64,000 nucleotides of DNA from Phoronis australis. Lineage: Eukaryota; Animalia; Phoronida. The notes under the pieces are model-generated. The model ran no database searches, had not been told where the DNA came from, and saw only the letters and a list, made by a program, of their open reading frames with translations. The translations under genes and the position numbers were made by a program. This document shows, in pieces, positions 1 through 11,000 of the stretch (its first letter is position 1; each line of letters begins with the position of its first letter). The DNA lies in NCBI GenBank assembly GCA_002633005.1, contig NMRA01000353.1, positions 195,625 to 259,624 on the forward strand, in the 5' to 3' direction.

Positions 1-174
1 AACAATAGAGATAATCAAGAACAAAATGTGCTGTAAATATCAATATGTGGTTGAGGCTCTTGATTATTGTCTACCTCGCATCAGCCTTGTCTAAAAGTTT
101 AAGCCAAATGAACTGATTATAATTATTCATTCAATATCAGTCCTGTTCAACAATATGCTGTATGTCTTTTCCAG

Positions 175-302
175 GAGTATTTCCTTAATAGTCTCTACAC
201 CAGCTGTATGTGCTGTTCCAGGGAGCGTCTCCCATATGCAGCAATTGAGAAGGAGATTAGAAACACACCTCAATGGCCTCCTGTTGGCAAGACGGATGTC
301 AA
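175..302 (+). CDS. Penultimate exon of an unidentified convergent gene
   Basis: tcttttccag|GAG...GTC AA|gtaatg. Open frame EYFLNSLYTSCMCCSRERLPYAAIEKEIRNTPQWPPVGKTDV; its phase 2 end matches the exon at 1621. Confidence 0.6.
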
Positions 303-780
303 GTAATGTTTTTTAGCTGACTAGTGCAACTATTGTTACAATTCAAGATAATGGCCAATGCTGTTAAGGGTTTTAGTCTAGTTACCCACACAATGTGGAA
401 CCCTTGAAATTACACGTAGTTGGAGTTTTGTTGCAAGGTTTTAGTTCCTTTTAGCACTTTTTGTCTTGGGATTGCTGAGCATGTGTTTCAATTGCGGCAT
501 TCTTGTCTCTCATGGTTGAGAAGTCTTGGTAACTTCATCGCTCAGTCATTTTAGCCAGAGTCACTGTGATTGAGGTGTAACTTTTACAGTCAGAGGACAC
601 TGTAAATTTAGTCTTCAAGAAATCATGGATGTTGCGAAGATTGAAAGTGTTTTGTGGAGTCTTATACAATAATGCAGTGCTATAGTAACTTGAATATGGT
701 GTAGTATAAAAAGAGCAAGACTGCTTAAATATGGGACAACCCTGTGTCAACCAGCATTGATCTGTGGTGTTTTAACACAG

Positions 781-1027
781 AATGATACAGGATTGTCTTC
801 ATTCTGTGGTTACATTACAACCCAATACAGGACTGTCTTGGTTCTGTGGTTACATTACAACCCAATACATGACTGTCTTGGTTCTGTGGTTACATTACAA
901 TCCAATACAGGACTGTCTTAGTTCTGTGGTTTCATTACAATCCAATACAGGACTGTCTTGGTTCTGTGGTTTCATTACAATCCAATACAGGACTGCCTTG
1001 GTATCCATGTTTACATTACAACCCAAT
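781..1027. repeat. Minisatellite, 40-bp unit, about 6 copies
   Basis: Unit caatacaggactgtcttggttctgtggttacattacaacc. Confidence 0.92.
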
Positions 1028-1408
1028 CAAAATTATAAAAGAGTTTAGTACAACACACTCCTTCTCCTGTTGCTGATGCCCCAAAAAGTTGAAAATATTC
1101 TCTTTTGAATGCTTGTGCTCTGTTAAGTACCCACCAAATTTGTTCAGTCAGTAGGCCTACATTGTAACTTGCGTCAAGGGTACGAGATGATTTTGTCCCT
1201 GGACATTCATCCATCTGATGCAGTCTCCAGGCAAAATTCATTCTATTTAACAGTTTATTTGGTCTGAGTTAACTGTTGGGTTAACACACACTCCCAAACA
1301 TTTTTTAAACACCCATTCTTGCAGTAACACCCATATTTGTGATATGTTCAATTGCAGTTGGCCTAGGAATTTAGCCGATGAGTGTGGTATGTTTGACCGA
1401 CAATGACT

Positions 1409-1542
1409 CGAGGGTAGCACTAGACAGTGTAGTCTTGAGGGTAGCACTAGACAGTGTAGTCTTGAGGGTAGCACTAGACAGTGTAGTCTTGAGGGTAGCA
1501 CTAGACAGTGTAGTCTTGAGGGTAGCACTAGACAGTGTAGTC
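1409..1542. repeat. Minisatellite, 27-bp unit, 5 copies
   Basis: Unit gagggtagcactagacagtgtagtctt. Confidence 0.92.
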
Positions 1543-1620
1543 GCGACGTTTTGAACAATAGAACGCTCATCACAGATACTCAATGCACTTCATGTTTAAC
1601 GAGTCACGTGCATTTTGCAG

Positions 1621-1729
1621 GTACATCCGCGAGGACAGTCGACATGGCCTGATGGCAACATCCAGCATGGAGGAGACTGTGTCAATACCGTGTACTGATA
1701 AGACGATAGAGGAGTCCAGTCGTTTGTGA
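1621..1729 (+). CDS. Terminal exon of the unidentified gene; C-terminus ...EESSRL* (PTS1-like)
   Basis: cattttgcag|G TAC ATC...AGT CGT TTG TGA. Encodes YIREDSRHGLMATSSMEETVSIPCTDKTIEESSRL. AATAAA follows at 2041 and 2064. Confidence 0.6.
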
Positions 1730-2082
1730 CCAGACCCACGCCAAACACACTAAGTTTTCCATGTGACAACCAATGCATTTATTGTGTGGTTATGTTTCTA
1801 GTTCTGTTCAAGGTGTACATAACTATGATGTATTTTTGGTGCAAGCTGGCACAAAGAATATTTTGTTAAGTACCTGTGTGACAAATATTTTCCATTTTGT
1901 CAGATGTAAATAGGAAATATTTCATGCTGAAGTTGTTATGCGTCTATATACTTCTTTAAGAAATCCACCCATTTTTATAGTTTGGGTCAGACGTGTTCAA
2001 GAAGTGTTTATTAAGTGGTTTAACTTGCATGTTCCTGAACAATAAAGAGTAGTAAATATATCAAATAAACACAGAAAAATCA

Positions 2083-2160
2083 GGAACCCCAACTGGGAAT
2101 CGAACCACAGGTCTCTAGATTGCCGGTCTAGTGCTCTCACCACTGAGCTACTGAGGATCC
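2083..2160 (-). other. tRNA-derived element (pseudo-tRNA or SINE head), Ala(GGC)-like
   Basis: A box TAGCTCAGTGG, B box GGTTCGATTCC, anticodon arm CTAGA-CCGGCAA-TCTAG and an imperfect T stem, followed by TTTTT. Confidence 0.65.
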
Positions 2161-4607
2161 GAAATCTGTGCAATTACTGTTTACAGCCAACTGTTAAGTC
2201 GTACGTCCCATGAGCGGCGTTTCACCTTTTTCACACGGAATTTAGACAATCAGCCATTTAAAGAGGTTAGACTGCAAGTTGCTTATTGGTATGTATTCGA
2301 GTCCTTATCTAATGGAATCATAATCTGAGATAACTTTTTATAAATTATGTTTTTAAAATCAATATAATTGATTTGTGGGCTATTTGTGATACTTTTGCTC
2401 AGGTTCAACTGAATATAGACATTCATACGAAGTTCTAGACTACGAGGTAAGAAAATGGACACTGTACAAAAGCAGTACTGTACTAAACGGGCACATATGA
2501 TGTTGATAGGATTTTACGTTTGCTGGAATCGCTCGGAATATTATGCCCTTACCTTGTTAAGCAATTTATACTTCATTGTTTTTTTTTACATCTTTTTAGT
2601 TTTGGTCAATCATGTTTATAAGTAAGGTCAGTTTCCTTTGATGCACTAATGTTTTTAAACATTATTAAAATAAATTAAGCATTAGTGGATGTAACAATTA
2701 CCTACATCTCAATGTGTAAATTATTCAACCAAATGACACGCGTTGAATAAATCTAGATGGGTTCATGAAACTGTATCTTGTTTACTAACATGAATTAGTA
2801 AAAAATAATGATTTTTTAATTCTCGACCCACATGCAGACATAAATAAAGGAGTTTGTGTAGTATTCGTTGCTCAAGTTAACAGAAATACAACTGACGAGA
2901 CAATTTATTGGCAAATAAGTTTACCAAGTCGTTCATGATCATAAGAGCTTCTCACTTTTATGAATACAAAATAATCAAATACTTCAATAACAACCAACCA
3001 TGTTGATTGACCTACTTGTGTTTTATCACCACTCAGACGAGCACTGATCTAGAAACTACTAAGTGCTTAACAACATGGGCGTTCTCATTAATGTCCTTTT
3101 CTCATCATCGCAATTATTTTCTTTTCAAATCAACAGCAGAATTCAGTTTTTTATTACTAATAACTTTTCATTTCTTCTGATTCGAGGTATGTGTTCCACA
3201 TGATTGGCACAATACTAAATCTGTCAACAATATACAAACACCTGTGAAAATGTGCAAATAATGAGAAAAGAACTGCAGCTCGCAAGAATGAATTTGAGAA
3301 AAGAATGATGTTGAAGAGAATGCTCTTGCTGCTCAGATTGTCTCCCCTGTTGTTACTTGGGTAAAGACAATGATGTAAAACCAAGACCATTTCTAAGGAT
3401 GATAACTATTAAGCGAAAGTATAACTTTAGAAGCTGTTCCCAGTAATACTTCAGTTATCAACACCGTTTCTCCAGAATTACAAAGGAACAGTCCAATAAC
3501 GCGAGAAGCCTAGCCAACAACTTTTCAGAGACTGACAATGTTGCGTCCTTCCGTATTAAGAACAAAACGAAAATTCACAATAAAGTGAAGTTGATCCCTA
3601 GGGGGTTTCTGACCATCACCAGCTTCAGGGTGAATCCAAAATATCACAAATTGTTTTGCTTCTCAAATAATTATTTCAAAAGAAATCAACCAACTTAAAA
3701 AAATATTTTTGATTCATTGTAGTTTTATTGCCCGTTTAAAATTGTACTTTAAAAGGGAATACAACATTGTTAAATCTTATCCTTAGTAAAAATACATATC
3801 CCTTGTTTAATATCTATGAGACACATTTTTTGGTATTAATTGCCGACTCCCTTGATGTGCATGTACTTTCCATTAATTCACATAAAAACAAATTAATAAC
3901 CTGACGAGGCCTGCGTCATGGTTCTGCATTCTCTTCAACTGAGCAAACACAAATGACCTGAAAAAAGTAGTTCAACAGCAAGCGGAATATTAGGTTTTCC
4001 CAATGGAAGTGACTGCATAGCCAAAATAATGTGGGCCAATTGCCAGGTCATCATCCCATTCACTTCCTACAGTCATGCGAAGAGAGAAGTAATTCTGCAT
4101 AGTGATACATAAAGGAAGTTCCATGAGATGGAACGATGCATACGTCCCAAGTCATATTTGCACAAAACTGTCGAAACCTCACGTGATTTTGTTCTGTGTG
4201 AGCAAGGCCACTAACTGACCAAGTTAATGGTCTCTGTCTGAGTTTTTTGCTTTCATAGTCGCTTACTGAGCAGTGGAAGCGAAATGGCAACTAAACAGCT
4301 GCTAGCTGCAATTAATGACACGGACACTGAGAAGTCAACTTCTCTGCAAATGTTAAACAGGCAATAAAATGGTAACTAATTTTATAAAATTTTATAGAAA
4401 TGTCATCCACTCACAGTAGTTTTGTTTTTCAAGTGTAGTAGTGATTACCTTAATAGAAATAATTATTCAAGAGACAGAAATAAGAGTTACGTGTTTGGGG
4501 ATCACCCTGCACCTTCTTACTACACAAGATTACTGAAATGTTTAAAAATATGTACCTAATAAATAAAACCTTTTCAACTACCAAAAAACCAGTAGCCCAT
4601 GAATCAA

Positions 4608-4831
4608 GAAGAATCAGGGAGATGAGGTTTACGAAGGGCCACCACTTGCTTTCATAGCAGTCAGAAGAATCAGGAAGATGAGGTTTGCGAAGGGCCACCA
4701 CTTGCTTTCATAGCAGTCAGAAGAATCAGGGAGATGAGGTTTGCGAAGGGCCACCACTTGCTTTCATAGCAGTCAGAAGAATCAGGGAGATGAGGTTTGC
4801 GAAGGGCCACCACTTGCTTTCATAGCAGTCA
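4608..4831. repeat. Minisatellite, 56-bp unit, 4 copies, just downstream of the RERE stop codon
   Basis: Unit gaagaatcagggagatgaggtttgcgaagggccaccacttgctttcatagcagtca. Confidence 0.92.
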
Positions 4832-4993
4832 AATCAATCAATACTATCAGCTACTTAAGTAGCATTGTTTCAAGCCTGGTCTTTTCAGCCAAGCTGCGCC
4901 ACCTAGAGACAACACTGATCTCTGGTTAACATTGCACAATCCATCTGTATATACATATTTACACGTGACGCTGACAACCATTCTAAGAGTTTG

Positions 4994-5080
4994 TCAGTGA
5001 GGCATATGACCCATGTGTCTTTCTCGTTCTAATACCAACTGTCTATGCAACGCCTCTTGATGTGCCATTTGGGCTTGTAG
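4994..5080 (-). CDS. RERE: RERE terminal coding exon 23
   Basis: Acceptor ctttctttcag, then [28 protein letters not shown], a typical atrophin C-terminus. Confidence 0.88.
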   Translation of the reverse strand, partial: LQAQMAHQEALHRQLVLERERHMGHMPH

Positions 5081-8000
5081 CTGAAAGAAAGTGAGTGATA
5101 CATGAGTAAGAAAGCAAGCCTACCACGTTTCCAATACAAGACACATTAACAACACTGGATTCAGAAGTACAGACCGTGACCATTTCTCTATTAAAACAAT
5201 ATAAAGAAATTGTCTCACTGTGACACCCATAATCACTGCATGGCATTAGTCAAGAAGCCACAGCCAACTTGCAAGCATGCATTGATATTTTGTGACAAAC
5301 AAACAAGAGTACCTGTTGCTGAATGACAGGATCAGAGTACCGTGCCAGTAAATCTGGAGGAATCTCTCTGTCACCACGCCCCATCAACAGGGGTCCAGGG
5401 TACGCCTGCGGTGGAAGTAGGTGGTGTGGTAGGGAAGAGGCGGCCGCGTTGGCTGCCATGGCTGCTGCCAGAGGGTCAGCTCCTACAATCACAAGCACAA
5501 ATGTCAAGTACAACATCAGCACAGAAACTGTCAAAATAGATTAGCAGAGACACCGTGAATATTAAATGGGGGTGTTACCAATGTTAGATAGCAATCAGCA
5601 CCATAGTGAAGTGATACCCTAAAGACACACTTCAGTTTATACATCACAATATGGGATACAAGTCTTATATGTTATCTGAACGTTAATTTCCAATCAATGA
5701 CAGCACTGAGCACGACACTTGTTAAAAGCCAATGTAATTTTAAGAAAAGTTATGACATAGGGGATTTCCAAAAAGTCATGATCCAATGACTTGGCCATGT
5801 TAGGTTCGGGACATTCACACGGGGCACACGCAATGTGCTGGACATAGACTTACGAGAGAATTGACAGGCCAGTGTGGCATGATTAGAGTGTGGATGACAG
5901 TCAGCTGTGAGCATGGATCGTACCAGACTGGCGTGTCTTAGCATATGCTGGTACTGTCCAGGGATATCTACAACAAATAAGAGCAAGTTGGTAACTCGTA
6001 GCTCCGTAGAGAGATCTTACCTGGCAAGAAAGGGGGAAGAAACGGCGAGGCGAAGGCAGACGAGGTCGGCGGCAGTACGGGCTCATGTAGTCCCGGCTGA
6101 TGCAGGTGAAGGTGTGTGTGTGCATGCGTGTGAGCGTGTGAATGCGCTGCCGCAGCACTAGGGATAAGACCAGCTGACAACTGGAGGCGTGCCACAGGGT
6201 CGCCTGCCAGAGCCATCCTCTCAGCGTGCAGCCTCTCTGCAGACAGCCTCTCTACAGAGCTGGAGAAGGCCGAGTCACCATGACCACCAGGGGGCATGCC
6301 TGTCAAATGGAGTGGAGCGCATAAGCAAGCAGTTGATGGACTGTGTGTTGGCCTTTCGTACATCTTAATTGGATTCAAGTTAAACAGAGACAAAATGGAG
6401 CAGTACCTCTTATTGCCAAAAAGGCCTGAAAAGATGCTTGGAAACATTTAACACACTTGTATACAAAAAGTGACTTCTTCACAAGTTGCACCCTTAAGGA
6501 GTCAAAATGAAACATCTTTTACAAACTCTGGGCTTAAAGGAAAACTTACGAAGTATAAGTGATTGACCACAGACAATGGTGTATGTATCCTGTTGCTACA
6601 CCGGCAATTATTTCACATTGTGAAAGTCATGAGCTGTTCATTGGTTGATTTTACTAGGCTATACAAACAATGCGCATAGATGACTGACAGTAATGAAGAG
6701 AAATGATAACAATTAAAACACCAATAAGACAGATCAGCCCGCGTTGTAAAGTAGCCTCTATACGATCCAATAACCAACAGTAAACAGCACACGTAATAAT
6801 TTACAGTTACAACAAGAGCTTGAGATAATTCGAAAATAAAAGCATCAATAAAAAATGAAGTGATGTGTTACAAATATAATGAAAAAAATTCTGACGTCTG
6901 GGACCCAATGTATCACAACAGGGTATTTTTCAGTGAAGCTCCACCATCTCCTTGATAGGGAACCAGGCAGTAACAGACAACTGCAATCAGTTCTCTGCAA
7001 AATTGAAGTGTCAAGACTGAAATCTGGCAAGTTCCATCTCAGATAAAATAATTTTGGAATTGCAGTTGGTTTTTAGACAGTTATATCTCAATGAATGATG
7101 CCACCAACTCTAGTGCGATCAAAGTCTCATTTCTCTTAGTCACAATGAAATGATCAAGTTCTAGGTGGGACACTAACCTATTCGTTCAAGCCTTTCACGT
7201 TCCCTGGCTAGAAGATCACTTGAGAGACTGCTGGGAGGGTAGACCCCAGGTAAGTGTGAAGAACTGTGGGGAAGACCAGGGCCAGCTTGAGCAGGTATGC
7301 CATAACGCCGTTGTAGCTCTAGAAACTGGGGATCCAAGGAGCCAACAGGGGGTACCCTGTCTAGACCTGTAACACCAAGTGACCGAGTGTTTGTACCGGC
7401 TTATACATTACTCGCACAGACTTGGCAAAATATCAACATCAAACAAGAGTCAACAACAGTTAGACCAACTGATGATAATGCCCAACTCGTCACAATATAT
7501 CAGCTCAAAGACTATTAAGAGAAGAGGACCAACAATACCACTTTGTTTCATCTCAATTTCTTTCATCTTTTCTCTCATCTCTATTTCTCGTAACTCTCGT
7601 TCCCTCATGTCTCGCTCGCGGGCATCACGTTCTCGTTTATCTCTCTCCAGCTCATACTCCAACCTAAAAACAAGAGAATGGATAAGTCACATTCCTATTG
7701 ATTCCTGACATTCACAGTTACATCCAAGTCATTTAACTACCCATACCATGTAGGGGAGGTTCTTAGTGCATGGAATTAAAAAAACTCATTCGACCTGATT
7801 TCAAGAGTCTGTAACGTTGTACACATAACTCTTCAAAGCATGATCTACAAAATCAATTATTTAGCTCTGCCTGGCCTAAAACTTTCTCTTAATAAAGTAT
7901 TTCTTCTTCAGTACATTCTGGAGTGTAAGAACACATTACTTACCTCTCCCTAGCCCCAGGTGGGTACATTCTGGAGTAGTGCATCAGGGGGTCCATTATA

Positions 8001-11000
8001 CCTGGAGAGGCGTGGTGCATAGACCGTGACATGTCATGAGCCAGAGCGTGAGGTCGAGCAAACTCCCCTGCAACATAATCACAAGGTGGCAGTGAGATCA
8101 CTGGCAATCTATGAGCACTATTTATCATACTTTGGCAACCAACAACAATATTAACATCCTTTTAACTAAATACCACGGCTTGTCGTGAATTCAACCAACA
8201 TACAAGAGAAGTGGTGTTATTTTACCATAACTAAAACGTTCCAGTAGGCGTTTAACTATAGTGTGATTGCATGTCCCAAAGTAACAGTCAACACTTGTTG
8301 CTTGCCATCAGATAATTTAACGATTGTCAGACAGTGAGTAAAGGTGCCACAGCTAAACAATTGATCAGCTGTTGGGATTGATTTGGATTGCAAATGATGT
8401 TCACTGGCACTGCAAAGATCCACATGCCAAGCCTAAGAAATATATTATCAACCCTTAACTTATGTTATAAAAGGGTAGGACACAGGTCTACCATGATTAT
8501 TCAGGCAGATAATTTTAGCACATCTTTTAAACAAGTTAACAACAAAAGATGCAGAAGCTTATTCTCTCATTGGTTGCCAAGTGAAAGTTTTTACTATCTT
8601 GAAAATACATTAATATCAAATTAATTTGGCATTAAGGTTCTTTCTGCAACTTGACACACAAGCAACATCGTTCCACCACCAGGGAGCACCAATTTATCCT
8701 CCACATTAATATGGGGACTAACCACAACAGCTTGTTTCTACTTGGGAAGTAACATCTACGTCTGCATACCTAATTGTCTTAAAGCTGGTGTATCTGGGTA
8801 GGAGGAGCGAGGTGTGTGTCTGTCTGCGTAATGGGACGACAACGAACTTGTCACTTGAGCATCAGCAGTAGTGTTCTCAGGTGTACGGGCCACCTTCTGC
8901 AACACAGTAGAGACAAGATGTTACAGGAAAATTTCCTAAATTTCACACAATGCAAATAGAATCATTTTACCCAAAGTTTTAGGCCATGCCTGTGATTTTA
9001 AAACAAATGGAAAGGTGTGATCATGAAAGACTTCACATTAAGCACACTTAATGTGAAGTCTTTCTTTCTTTTTCTTTTCAGGTGCATAACATATGTTGTT
9101 CCAGTATCTACAAAATGACGACGTTAGGACAACCTCCCTCCTTCAGTCTTACCTTCTCTTCCTTAATAACCACAGGAGGTGAGGCGATTCTCTTGGCCCG
9201 CTCTTCACGCTTCTTTGCCAGTTTGGAGTCAGGGACAGGCCTGAATGTCCAGTCACAGCGACAACATGAGTTCTCACCACGACTCCAGTGTTTAATGAAT
9301 CTGAAAGCAGCAGCAATTACACTAGATCAAATAATTTTCCCAATAGAAATGAGTAGGAACAAATTCAAGAGCACTCAATGTAATTAAGACAATACATTAT
9401 AGCCCAGTATCTACAGTATGATTATTTGTAATGCTTCTTCAACATGCAAGATATTTGTCTCTAATGAAGTATATATTCTAACCTAACAAGTACAACGTCC
9501 AGCACTTAACATGCTATTATAATGACTCATTAAAAACATGAATAACTACAATACTCCAATAACTGTAAATACTCAATTGTGGAAAAGAATGATTAAGACT
9601 CAACACTCTTGTAACATTAAACATGTTTTGCAGAAAATTTGACAACTTGTGCAAAATGTTCAGTTCCTCTCATTACAGTTGATGGGATAAAAACTTGAGG
9701 TTGTGGTTGATTCATGGATGTTTCGGAATATATACACCGATGACGACTCTCGTTGTTGTATACTTAAACATGTGATCAAAAGTTGCCCTATGTATTCATC
9801 CCCACTTACGAGGTTTTATTGCATGAGCTGATGACTTTTCAAAATGTATGTGTCAAGTTTCCACCCGAAGACCGATACTTGCCAAACTTCACTTACATTG
9901 CATTCTTACACCTGAATATTTCTTGGTCGACAACTTTTGGTGGGGGACTAGGACTACGGGGGACATGGGGTTCAGAAGACTCAGCTTCCTCGGGTGATTG
10001 GCAGGGTGAGGGTGGAGCTTCACTCTGTGGCTGAGCTGTGAGTGGAGGAGGTGGTGACAGCCGCTCTTCCTTGATGTGTAGCTGTGTCTGTGTTGGACTG
10101 GGTACACTGTATGAACCACTGCTGTTGTCGTCCTGCAAGTAGAGATATTGAAAATCAAACCTGAGACGAGATGCACAAACTCAGACATAAAACCATTGGT
10201 TTCTGAGTCACACGCAATCAACTGTTTTCTGTGGAGCAAATAATACTCGACGAGAAGAGTGTTATAAACACTATATATCTCAAAAAGTATTACCACTATT
10301 ATACACTAATCAGCTAGTGTATAAAACAGCACTACATCATATAAGACTGAATATTAGCTATTTAAAATCTGTGACGAATCAAGGAAATGACATGATAGTT
10401 ACAATATATCACCCATGAAATTCTTTCACTTGATGTAAGGTTACATGCTTTTTTCATTCCAATTTGGCCCAAGAATGATATCATACAGTAACGCTTTGCA
10501 CAATTCACTTGTAAAATGCTCTGCATTGCTAGTCACTCGAGAGATATTTGTGGCAAGAAATCTTGGCTTACGTAACAGCAACAGAGAATTTATCCCAATA
10601 ATTCAACAGCCTTGTTGTCCAAACCTTTTCAGAGGCGGCCATTTGCTAGTCTTGGCTAATAACCTCTTGACCTTAATCCCTAATGGCAAAACACTTGCCT
10701 TTTGCCCGTGTGATTTTACATCAAATGTACGGTACGAAAAGTACCAGACGCTTGACAAATATACTGCAACAGCACCCACCAAAGAGCCACATCATGCGAC
10801 ATGCGTAATACATCACCTGATTGTTCTCCACGTCTCCGTCATTGCCGTTCTCGTCCTCTTTACTGCTGTAACTACTGCTCTCAGCCGATGACTCCACAGG
10901 GCTCTCCACGCGCTCCTTCTTGATCACAACCGTGTCAGACACCTCCTCGTCAAGCGCACGTTTACTGGACTCACATGCAGTCTGCAACATAGTATCATAA

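Noticed and set aside
781-1583. Repetitive ORFs (782-1048, 1247-1573, 1371-1583) and a CRISPR-like appearance
   Set aside because: These are head-to-tail minisatellites without unique spacers, in an intron. The ORFs are by-products of stop-free units, and there are no cas genes in this eukaryotic context.
2083-2160. Functional tRNA-Ala gene
   Set aside because: C33 instead of U33, a mismatched T stem and an atypical GGC anticodon; treated as a tRNA-derived element.
2403-2446. Micro-exon-like segment on the + strand (ttttgctcag...gag|gtaag)
   Set aside because: It lies downstream of the neighbouring gene's stop and poly(A) signals, and no compatible partner exon was found.
9025-9080. Rho-independent terminator-like hairpin plus T run
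   Set aside because: The context is a eukaryotic intron, so it is kept only as a palindrome finding.
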